64,000 nt of DNA from assembly GCA_040758355.1 (NCBI GenBank), contig JBFLWF010000010.1, positions 1,776 through 65,775 on the forward strand, in the 5' to 3' direction. The position numbers and the translations under genes are program-made. The stretch is from Nitrospirota bacterium (lineage in GTDB: Bacteria > Nitrospirota > Thermodesulfovibrionia > Thermodesulfovibrionales > Dissulfurispiraceae). Below are positions 31,201 to 38,241 of this stretch, one piece after another. The notes beneath the pieces were generated by a model. That model saw nothing but the letters and a program-made list of their open reading frames with translations. It was not told the DNA's origin and did no database searches. Each line of letters begins with the position of its first letter. The stretch's first letter is position 1.

Positions 31201-31583
31201 GGGTTGTGGAGCACTGGCACACAGGCAGCATGACCACGAGGGTGTCGGAGCTTAACCGTGCAGTCCCCGGCGCTTATGTAGAGCTTAATGAAGTCCTTGC
31301 AAAGAAACTGGGAATAAAGAACGGCGACTCCGTGATTGTGGAATCGCCGAGGGGCAAGATCGAGCTTCCTGCAAAGGTGCTCGATGTCGCAAAGGCAACG
31401 GGCGGTCCGAGATACGATTATGTCTTTGTCCCGTGGTTCGACGAGTACAAGCTCATTAATATGATAATGAGGGACGCCTTTGACCCCTTCAGCTTCCAGC
31501 CTGACTACAAGATGTTCGCTGTGAAGATTTACAAGGGGAAGACCAAAGGCAGACAGGCAGAGCCGGGCAAGGTGATAGCGTAG
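28248..31583 (+). CDS. napA: Periplasmic nitrate reductase catalytic subunit NapA-like Mo-bisPGD enzyme, unusually long (1111 aa)
   Basis: Tat signal SRRDFLRASAITAAAAAAG. [4Fe-4S] motif C43RFC46AVGC50...C84TKG. Mo-ligand block QPRTC214MASAV...GNNTAEAHP. C-terminal NapA blocks GRVVEHWHTGSMT and FVPWFDEYKLIN...DPFSFQPDYKMFAVKI. Confidence 0.8.
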   Translation: MKLSRRDFLRASAITAAAAAAGIARPEMLLAAAPVKSFPVGQCRFCAVGCTMIADCEVDAAGKVTRVVALKGDLKSPVNRGVLCTKGFYLHKAIAYKDRPKGALVRKEWINPKTGKPDLNNSPRVLQGKTTKDPKGLKPSEVDLKENFALVPWEDAINFVADAVEKSIKEHGKHSVAFYGSGQLGTEETHIMNKVFKGGGALANNAIEGQPRTCMASAVVGYLYTFGKDEPYGCLDDIDVPDPDFKKHADTLFIIGNNTAEAHPIIFNRMAAAKSKNPNMKVILADPRKTRSGTIADLWLPFATGRDLVLLNAIAYVITHELDGAKYDVEKGTVDAKWKYLDKKFIERHVSFGIHEDVKKTWIKTTYGGARDTAWDLTYSAEPRKTYPSLKTKYASEDDILKDLYKGFAAFLKFLEDYKPEKVSEIIFEGEAPLVYEKATRTWKKISGPEAIRLAAKWFAEGYTLSAWCMGVNQKLQGTWVNASLHMLHLITGKAVKPGRHSFSFTGQPNACGGIRAPGALCHALPYGRLVANPLHRAAVEKIWTDRASAYLKKKGVSESEISVEMKKIKIHDKPGPHTVEMFRRLGAGQIKVQFISTVNAGQSLPYAWPYRLAMAGAKKGEAWPLTVTLEAFPNATTMVSDIVLGASSWFEKEFIFGNLERRYQVIKQVIEPYGNTLPDHTIFACIMRRLEEKGLVPHGHVSQFWPAEYDGADWMKKTVAAGKTKEWNREFSANIWEELLTLSKGTGYDFSGMNRKMLLEQNHGYRIPLPSEYHTDAAVKARYDKYQSRIQYAYPYDPHIDKITAAYLKNMKEFNPVYGAWLEKNIEGMKKDEEYHKEENLPKGWYASFYNSNAFINGMVDIPTPDGKTRKAPGWDGRAIAWANPWWACKFDGKAFAKYKTVEVIERTFNPKKVEENSTLPFDVKSKYTVNVIGDPNKDMNALKNIALSPAEFQNLRHEYTKTDGSKLLIIDTTAYPYGACTGRVVEHWHTGSMTTRVSELNRAVPGAYVELNEVLAKKLGIKNGDSVIVESPRGKIELPAKVLDVAKATGGPRYDYVFVPWFDEYKLINMIMRDAFDPFSFQPDYKMFAVKIYKGKTKGRQAEPGKVIA

Positions 31584-31587
31584 AGAT

Positions 31588-31619
31588 AGAGTGCCGGAGT
31601 GCTTGCACTCCGGCACTCT
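31588..31619 (+). other. Perfect 14-bp stem / 4-nt loop hairpin between napA and napG (no U-tract)
   Basis: agagtgccggagtg-cttg-cactccggcactct. Confidence 0.7.
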
Positions 31620-31642
31620 AATATAAGACCTATAAGACTTAT

Positions 31643-32416
31643 ATGACCTATAAAAATCTTACAAGAAGAAATTTTTTAAAGGCATCTATTCTAACAGGCA
31701 CTACTGTGATAGCGGGCAGTGGGCTGACCGTTTTTGAAAGACACGCTTCTGCGGGGAAAGAGGAATCTGTAGGCCCGCTTCATGATATAGATGTTGGCGG
31801 CATTATAAGGCCTCCAGGTGCCTTGCCGGAAAAGGAATTCCGCTCAAAATGCATAAGCTGCGGCGTGTGCGTGAATGTCTGCCATGTGATGAAATACGAT
31901 GCCATTGCAATTGCTGCTTCCCCCTTACGCTCTTTTGGGACGCCTTACATAAAAGACATGAGGGATTTCCCGTGCGGCCTCTGTATGGAATGCCCGAGGC
32001 ACTGTCCCACTGGAGCCTTAAAAAAGGTAGAAAAGGAAAAGGCAACCATGGGAATGGCGCTCATTGATTTCGGCCTGTGCTTCGGCTGGAACGGCGATGT
32101 ATGCCTTTCATGCAGCAAGGCATGTCCAATTGGCGCAAAGGTCTTTGATTTTTACAACGGAGAGTGGGGTAATCAGCCCTATATCAATGACAACTGCGTA
32201 GGCTGCGGTTTATGCGTTAAATACTGCCCTCTTGGTGGCTCTGCAATAAAGGTGATTACAAAAAGGCAGTATTATGATAAGGTCAAAGCCTCTTATACAA
32301 GCGAATTTAAAAGACTTTTATCCATGCCCAATGAAGAGCGTTATAACATTGTTTACGGTCAAAATATGCCCCAGATAATGGCAAGGGGAAGGCTGGTGGA
32401 ACGTGAGTACAGATAG
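31643..32416 (+). CDS. napG: NapG-like Tat-exported four-cluster ferredoxin
   Basis: Tat signal TRRNFLKAS. Cluster motifs CISCGVCVNVC, CGLCMECPRHCP, CLSCSKACP, CVGCGLCVKYCP. Confidence 0.75.
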   Translation: MTYKNLTRRNFLKASILTGTTVIAGSGLTVFERHASAGKEESVGPLHDIDVGGIIRPPGALPEKEFRSKCISCGVCVNVCHVMKYDAIAIAASPLRSFGTPYIKDMRDFPCGLCMECPRHCPTGALKKVEKEKATMGMALIDFGLCFGWNGDVCLSCSKACPIGAKVFDFYNGEWGNQPYINDNCVGCGLCVKYCPLGGSAIKVITKRQYYDKVKASYTSEFKRLLSMPNEERYNIVYGQNMPQIMARGRLVEREYR

Positions 32417-33269
32417 TCAAGAACAGCAATCAGCAATCAGCAGTCAGCAAAAGAGGAAAATACCGTTATCAAAGATCAGACGGTTTGTAATGCTGGGCGT
32501 GATCGCGTTATTTCTCCTTCAATTCCTGAGAGTGAAAATCCTTGTCGGTGGGCTTTCTGGCTCGCTTGCTGTATGGTTAGTAAAGCTCATCGATGTCTTT
32601 GCCTATTTTGAGAGTCTTATTGCATCGAGGGATTTTACAACTACGGCCCTCTGGGCAGTGCTCCCTGTTATAGCGATTTATCTTATATTTGGCAGGGCAT
32701 TCTGCGGATGGGTGTGCCCCATGGACTTTCTTTTTGAGATGGTTGATAGGATAAGGGGCGATAGGCAATGGGCGACAGGCGATAGGATAAAGAGAATTTC
32801 TCCGAAAATCGGATATGTGATTGCAGCAGCATTGCTTATTGTATCTGGCCTGATGAATATACCATTCTTCACAAGCTACATTTCCCATCTCACAAACTTT
32901 TTCAGACTTTTGACAGGAAGCGTGTTTTTTGCATTTAAGCTCCCTGTGGAGCCGATAGTGCTGGCATATTCAGGAGGCATGATAACCCTGCTCCTCGGCC
33001 TCGAATATTTCTTTCCAAGACTCTGGTGCAGGGTCTTATGCCCTGTGGGAAAGACTTACGGGCTTTTTAACAAGGTAAGCCTTCTTAAACTGAAGTTTAT
33101 GGAAGGGGAGTGCGGTGAATGCAATCTGTGCGACCAGATGTGTTACATGAACGTAAAAATAGCTAAAAACATAGACCAGCCGGGACTCAGGGACATAAAC
33201 TGCATTTATTGCGGCAGGTGCGTGGAAGGGTGCGAGACTAAAGGAAGGCTCATAAAAATGAAATTCTAA
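32403..33269 (+). CDS. napH: NapH-like membrane-bound polyferredoxin (quinol dehydrogenase subunit)
   Basis: TM helices with CGWVCPMD and CRVLCPVG motifs, plus C-terminal CGECNLCDQMC and CIYCGRCVEGC. GTG start overlapping napG. The N-terminus holds a heptamer array. Confidence 0.75.
   Translation: MSTDSQEQQSAISSQQKRKIPLSKIRRFVMLGVIALFLLQFLRVKILVGGLSGSLAVWLVKLIDVFAYFESLIASRDFTTTALWAVLPVIAIYLIFGRAFCGWVCPMDFLFEMVDRIRGDRQWATGDRIKRISPKIGYVIAAALLIVSGLMNIPFFTSYISHLTNFFRLLTGSVFFAFKLPVEPIVLAYSGGMITLLLGLEYFFPRLWCRVLCPVGKTYGLFNKVSLLKLKFMEGECGECNLCDQMCYMNVKIAKNIDQPGLRDINCIYCGRCVEGCETKGRLIKMKF
32424..32451. repeat. Heptamer array in napH 5' end (CAGCAAT CAGCAAT CAGCAGT CAGCAAA)
   Basis: This is the reverse orientation of GCTGATT units. 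It encodes QQSAISSQQ. Confidence 0.9.
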
Positions 33270-33275
33270 CAATCT

Positions 33276-33340
33276 GTCATTCCCACGAAAGTGGGAATCC
33301 AGACAGCAAAGGTATAGATTCCTGCTTTCGCAGGAATGAC
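33276..33340. repeat. REP-like compound palindrome (two perfect hairpins inside an outer GTCATTCC/GGAATGAC inverted repeat)
   Basis: gtcattcccac-gaaa-gtgggaatcc ... attcctgc-tttc-gcaggaatgac. It produces the spurious PAKAGI / FRGND-type peptides seen in antisense ORFs 33036..33365 and 33266..33559. Confidence 0.75.
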
Positions 33341-33380
33341 TTTTAAAAGGTATTTTCGGAAACAATTAGAGGAGGGAACA

Positions 33381-33650
33381 ATGATTGTTGCAAGCGGGTT
33401 TATAGAGGCAAATGATATGAAAGACGTGGAAAGGGTAGTGGACGAATTGAAAGCAAGGGGCGTAGAGGTCAACGAAGTAAAGGATGAAAAAATAGTATTT
33501 TTAGTTGAGAGGGAGACGGTCTCCGAGGTAAAAAATTCACTGGATTCGCTAAAGGACATAGACGGCGTCAGAAATGTATACCTTGCCTACTATAGTCTTG
33601 AGGGCAGCGACAGGGATCTGGAAAATTTACTTCCCTTTAACACACATTAA
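33381..33650 (+). CDS. napD: NapD-like Tat-proofreading chaperone
   Basis: ATG 33381 after GAGGAGGG. MIVASGFIEANDMKDVERVVDELKARGVEVNEVKDEKIVFLVERETVSEV...IDGVRNVYLAYYSLE fits the NapD ferredoxin-like pattern. Confidence 0.6.
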   Translation: MIVASGFIEANDMKDVERVVDELKARGVEVNEVKDEKIVFLVERETVSEVKNSLDSLKDIDGVRNVYLAYYSLEGSDRDLENLLPFNTH

Positions 33651-33726
33651 TATCATCTTTACAGCCTTTTGCTTTAGACTTTAAGTAATGCAAAATTGTA
33701 GATTTGGGGAGAAAACTGTGCTGGAT

Positions 33727-33954
33727 ATGGTAGGCTTTATTGTGAAGATAAAAGAGGGATTAATGGACACTGCAGTGAAGAGTTTTGAAGATATGCCTCA
33801 TATAAGCATATACGGCGCAAAGGATAACCAGATAGTGCTGCTCGTTGATACAGACGATGTGCATGTACTGGCACACAAAATAAAAGAGATTCAGGCTATG
33901 AATGGAGTATTAGGCGTTTATCCTATTTTTTCCCGCGACTCTTTACCTTTTTGA
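33727..33954 (+). CDS. Second NapD-like small protein
   Basis: MVGFIVKIKEG...MPHISIYGAKDNQIVLLVDTDDVHVLAHKIKEIQAMNGVLGVYPIF has the same pattern as NapD. The start is uncertain (ATG 33727 or upstream). Confidence 0.5.
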   Translation: MVGFIVKIKEGLMDTAVKSFEDMPHISIYGAKDNQIVLLVDTDDVHVLAHKIKEIQAMNGVLGVYPIFSRDSLPF

Positions 33955-33968
33955 AATATTTTTAAAAT

Positions 33969-34586
33969 TCATGGATTAATGACTCCTCTGAGGATAAGTG
34001 CAGCGCCTTTGTAAAAATCTTCTTGTGTAGACTCTAATACTTTATCCGCAAAAAGAGGCAGCCACAATGTCATATGTTCGCTAAGAAAGTCGCTTCTTAT
34101 CTCAAAGAGCCTCGATGCATCTTCACGCTGTCCCTGCTCAAAGAGTTCTATTATTTTTTGCGTCAGGTAATAGATAAACTCAAGCTCTATGCCGATATGG
34201 TCATCAGGAATGCTGTAAAGGTTCTTCACAGCCATGCCTGCTTCAAGGTATCTTTTCCTGACATCAATGGTCTCGTCTGTCATTAAGGATCTGGACTCTG
34301 ATAAATAAAAAGAGGCATAAGGCACTGCTGGAGGATTTTTAGGCCCTATGAATAAACGGGCATATTCGAGTGCAAGTTCTTCGAGCCACTCATCAAGCCT
34401 GTATTCATTCTTTCTGATTGATTCGATCAGGAGTTTCAGCCCATAGTTTATTTCAGCGTCTGTTTCATCTGGAGGATCAATCTTTGCGAGCTCATTAATC
34501 AATTCTTTTGTCGGCTCTTTTAAAAATAACTGCCTCAAAAGATTGTATAAATAAAGTTCTTCTCTTAATTCGTCTATCATTGTCAC
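33969..34586 (-). CDS. TorD/DmsD-family molybdoenzyme maturation chaperone
   Basis: 205 aa with YARLFIGPKNPPAVPYASFYL...DHIGIELEFIYYL, typical of TorD-like chaperones. It sits directly downstream of the Mo subunit. Confidence 0.75.
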   Translation of the reverse strand: MTMIDELREELYLYNLLRQLFLKEPTKELINELAKIDPPDETDAEINYGLKLLIESIRKNEYRLDEWLEELALEYARLFIGPKNPPAVPYASFYLSESRSLMTDETIDVRKRYLEAGMAVKNLYSIPDDHIGIELEFIYYLTQKIIELFEQGQREDASRLFEIRSDFLSEHMTLWLPLFADKVLESTQEDFYKGAALILRGVINP

Positions 34587-34596
34587 CTCTTATTTG

Positions 34597-34651
34597 GTTG
34601 ATGAGTATATGAGTAAATGGGTAAATGAGCAAACACCCATCTACCCATTCA
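34597..34651. repeat. Octamer-array hairpin between the Mo-subunit gene and torD-like gene
   Basis: gttgatga gtatatga gtaaatgg gtaaatga - gcaaaca - cccatcta cccattca. Confidence 0.7.
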
Positions 34652-34661
34652 CTGTTTTTTC

Positions 34662-37538
34662 CTATGCCTTTTTAACCCTAATCATCATATCCGCATAGGC
34701 GCTCTGTCCCATTATGGGGCTTAGTGCATCCGGGTCTATCAGGTTGTTGCAGTCAGGCGTATAATCCTTTGACTTGTAAGCGGTGCCGAGGCCGGGGCTG
34801 AACCTGCCGCCGGAGCCGAATGCGATTTTGACGACACCGGGGCGTATGCCGCCAGATGCAAAAACCTTTCCCTTCGTGGATTTCCCGAGCGGGTTTTCTG
34901 CGATGACGAGGTCGCCGCTCTTTATACCGAGTTTTTTCGCATCATCGGAGTTCATCCAGATTGTGCCCACCGAGAAAGTATTGGCCTTGAATTTCCGCGT
35001 GATGGTTTTCATCGGCTCATCGCCCACAGGCATTGCTTCAGGCACTTCAGCCTCAAACTCGTTGTTCATAGGCATCCAGAGACCTTCAGCCTTTACCTCG
35101 CCGAGCCACGGCACCATCTGCGTGCCTGTCATGGAGTGGTGTATCCTGCCGGTAATAAGCTGGAACGGATAATCCTTCGCATACTTTTTGTACTCGGGAT
35201 TTGTGTGGGGATTCCATACGGTTTCAAACCAATAAAAGGTCTCCGGGAACTTGTCGAATCCGATTCTCTTAAGTCCGTAAGGCACTTCGCCGCCGGCTTT
35301 TTCAATGAGCTGGTTGTATTTTGCATATCTCCCTTTGCGTTTATCGCCGTCTTTGTAGTCCCATTTGAACTCAATAAGTTTTGAATCCGTCGGCGGCCAT
35401 ATTTTATGCGGTTCATCCGCATTGTGTTTTTTATATCTATACCAGCTCATCGGCCATACAGCAACCCCATGATTCTTTCTTAACCATGCAGGCGTAACCT
35501 GTTCTCCGACCACTTCCTTTTTCTCATGGTCTATCTTCACATTGCCCTTCTCAAGGGATTCAGGGGTTCCTCTGAGTGTATATCCTTCAGGATACTGAGG
35601 ATACGGCAAAGGCGTTCCGATGTTGGGTTTTCCAGGGGTTCCCAGTATCAGGTCGGTGGCAAAGGTATCTTCATCTTTATACCTTTCCCAGAAGTCACCT
35701 GGCTTTATATCGGTGTCGCCGAGTTCATGGAACTTCTTCGCGAGGAGATTCATTATCTCCGTAGGGTTCTTGGATTCGTGTAAGGGCTTGATAACTGCAT
35801 CCCTGAGATAACCAAGAGGCATAGGCGGATATATATCAGACCAGCTTACCCTTTCGGCATAACTCGCTTCCGGCAATATCACATCGGCATAGAGGGCGCT
35901 TTCAAGATTCAATGTGTCTATGAACACCATGAGGTCAAGTTTGTAATTGCCTGAAGCGTCCTTTGCCGTAAGCGCCTCCCTCCATCTCCATGTGGCGGAG
36001 CCGCTTACAACAGAGTTTCCTGTCCTTAGAATGTACGCCTTTATGGGATATCTGTGCCCTCTGAAAGAACCGTACCCTATCTGAACCTCTTTCCCTTCAA
36101 AGAACTCAGGGTAATCACCGACAACATCATCCCATGCCGCAGGGTATTTACTCCCATAATGGTCTTTGTTGAGCTCGCTTACTTTGCCTTCAACCTCTTT
36201 TCCGTCAATCATGCGTTTTACTTTTCTGTCAACGAATTTTTTGTTTTCTACAAATGAGAATTCCCTTCCCTTGCCGCCTTTGCTCCATTTCATTATCTCG
36301 CAGTCAATCACGCCGCCGGGTGCATCAAAATTTCCGGTAATCACATTCAATGCTACGCCCAAAATAGAGCCGCAGTAGCCGTTAAAGTGGTGTCCCGGAG
36401 ACTGCATACCCCAGACGAGTGCAGCGGGCTTGGTAATACCGAAGGTGTGGGCGAGTTCAGCGATGTCATCCTTTGAAACGCCGGCTCTCTCGGAAACCCA
36501 CTCAAGGCTGAAGTAGTTCAGACCGTTAATGGGGTCTTTTTTATGCCACCATGATTTGAATGCCGCCTCAAATTCATCCCAGCCCGTGGAATACTTCTTG
36601 AAGCTCCAGTCGATATACTTTTTGCTTGGATCGTTCTGGTTGTCGTTTTCAAGGATATAACGGAGCATTGCTGCAAAAATGTCATTATCCGTTCCGGGTC
36701 TTGGCGCTATCCACTTGTCTGCAAGCGATGCGGTATTTGAATAGCTCGGGTCTATGACGAAATACTTGCATCCATTTTCAACTCTTGCGCCGACAGTGCC
36801 CCTGTTTTCATACATAATTCTTGTAGCCACAAAGGGGTTCCAGCCGCAATAGACAATGAGCTTCGTTTTGTAGGACATGTCTTTTTTCAAGCTGCCGTCG
36901 GGCTGTCTTACATAGACAGGTCTCATCAAATCAGGCTCCCATCTCTTGCCACCGACAATGAGTTTCGGCCCATGCCTTCTCGGGGTGTCGCATATGGAGC
37001 CGTGCTCAACAACATTTGATGTGCCGAAAGCAAAGAAGAGCCGCCAGTACTGGTCTCTGTCCGTCACATCGCCGGTGTCCATAATGATTGATTCCGGACC
37101 GTGCTTCTTTTTTATCTCCATCAGCTTTTTGCCGATATGGTCTATGGCCTCATCCCATGTGACGCGTTTGAATTTGCCCGAACCCCTTTCTCCGACCCTT
37201 ATCATAGGATATTTAAGCCTGTAAGGAGAATAAATCAACTGCTGTCCCGATGCGCCTTTAGCACAGACAATACCGTCGTTAAAAGGCACATGCGGGTTGC
37301 CGTAAATCTTGTGGACCTTGCCGTCCTTCACCCAGAACTCAAGGCCGCACTCACTGGGGCACATACAGTCGGCGCTGTACTTGACTTCATATTTGCCCAT
37401 TGCCTTCTGCATTGCCTCTGCTTCAGCAGGGCTCAGATGCTTTAATGACATGAGCCCGCTCTTTTCCAGCGCTGCAACACCGGTGAGCGCACCAGCATAT
37501 TTTAAAAATACCCTTCTCGATACTTGCATATTCTTCAC
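34662..37538 (-). CDS. Tat-exported Mo-bisPGD oxidoreductase catalytic subunit, Psr/Phs/Ttr/Arr-like, substrate unknown
   Basis: Tat signal SRRVFLKYAGALTG. N-terminal FeS motif DCMCPSECG...CAKG. Candidate Mo-ligand Cys in HGSICDTPRR; 958 aa. Confidence 0.75.
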   Translation of the reverse strand: MKNMQVSRRVFLKYAGALTGVAALEKSGLMSLKHLSPAEAEAMQKAMGKYEVKYSADCMCPSECGLEFWVKDGKVHKIYGNPHVPFNDGIVCAKGASGQQLIYSPYRLKYPMIRVGERGSGKFKRVTWDEAIDHIGKKLMEIKKKHGPESIIMDTGDVTDRDQYWRLFFAFGTSNVVEHGSICDTPRRHGPKLIVGGKRWEPDLMRPVYVRQPDGSLKKDMSYKTKLIVYCGWNPFVATRIMYENRGTVGARVENGCKYFVIDPSYSNTASLADKWIAPRPGTDNDIFAAMLRYILENDNQNDPSKKYIDWSFKKYSTGWDEFEAAFKSWWHKKDPINGLNYFSLEWVSERAGVSKDDIAELAHTFGITKPAALVWGMQSPGHHFNGYCGSILGVALNVITGNFDAPGGVIDCEIMKWSKGGKGREFSFVENKKFVDRKVKRMIDGKEVEGKVSELNKDHYGSKYPAAWDDVVGDYPEFFEGKEVQIGYGSFRGHRYPIKAYILRTGNSVVSGSATWRWREALTAKDASGNYKLDLMVFIDTLNLESALYADVILPEASYAERVSWSDIYPPMPLGYLRDAVIKPLHESKNPTEIMNLLAKKFHELGDTDIKPGDFWERYKDEDTFATDLILGTPGKPNIGTPLPYPQYPEGYTLRGTPESLEKGNVKIDHEKKEVVGEQVTPAWLRKNHGVAVWPMSWYRYKKHNADEPHKIWPPTDSKLIEFKWDYKDGDKRKGRYAKYNQLIEKAGGEVPYGLKRIGFDKFPETFYWFETVWNPHTNPEYKKYAKDYPFQLITGRIHHSMTGTQMVPWLGEVKAEGLWMPMNNEFEAEVPEAMPVGDEPMKTITRKFKANTFSVGTIWMNSDDAKKLGIKSGDLVIAENPLGKSTKGKVFASGGIRPGVVKIAFGSGGRFSPGLGTAYKSKDYTPDCNNLIDPDALSPIMGQSAYADMMIRVKKA

Positions 37539-37541
37539 CTC

Positions 37542-38204
37542 CTACTGGTTGATTAAGCCGTCGGCTGTTTTAAATACTTCCTTATCCGGAGCAATGAAAT
37601 GAACCCTCGGTTTTGTTCCATAATCCGGATGCCATGTCTCCGTCTTTTCTGAAGCCTTGAGCTTTGAAACGGCGCTGTTGGAATCGTTTAAATCACCAAA
37701 AGTCCTTGCCCGTCCCATGCAGTTGCGGACACATGCAGGCTCTTCGATACCTGCTGCGAGCCTATGGCTGCAAAAGTCGCACTTGTCGACAACCCTCAAA
37801 TCCTTTGCCTTCTTTCCTTTAACCTCAGGCACGTCTTTGGCGTATTTTGACGGATCGTTTTTGACAGGGATATGCGGATGTATAAACCGTGCGCCGTAAG
37901 GACATGCACCAACACATCTGCCGCAGCCGATGCATATGTCCCTGTCCACCATAACTACGCCGTCCTCCCGTTTGTAAGTAGCCCCTGTGGGACAGGGAAG
38001 GATGCACGGCGGCTCATCACACTGGTTGCAGATTTTAGGGAAAAAATACCTCTTTGGTTTCGGATATTCGCCCATATCGGCGATATCCACCCTTGACCTG
38101 AACTGCCCTATCGGCGCTGCATTTTCCATCTTGCAGCTTACCTGGCAGGATGTGCAGCCCACGCACTTCCTCAGGTCAACAAGCAATGCATACTTTTTTG
38201 ACAT
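37542..38204 (-). CDS. Four-cluster iron-sulfur subunit (DmsB/PsrB family)
   Basis: CVGCTSCQVSCK, CNQCDEPPCILPCPTGA, CIGCGRCVGACPYGA, CDFCSHRL...PACVRNC. True start ATG 38204 (MSKKYALLVD) after AAAGGAGGA. The track's TTG 38246 lies inside the promoter. Confidence 0.85.
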   Translation of the reverse strand: MSKKYALLVDLRKCVGCTSCQVSCKMENAAPIGQFRSRVDIADMGEYPKPKRYFFPKICNQCDEPPCILPCPTGATYKREDGVVMVDRDICIGCGRCVGACPYGARFIHPHIPVKNDPSKYAKDVPEVKGKKAKDLRVVDKCDFCSHRLAAGIEEPACVRNCMGRARTFGDLNDSNSAVSKLKASEKTETWHPDYGTKPRVHFIAPDKEVFKTADGLINQ

Positions 38205-38241
38205 AATAGCTCCTCCTTTCATGTGGAATTTGAAAGAGAAA

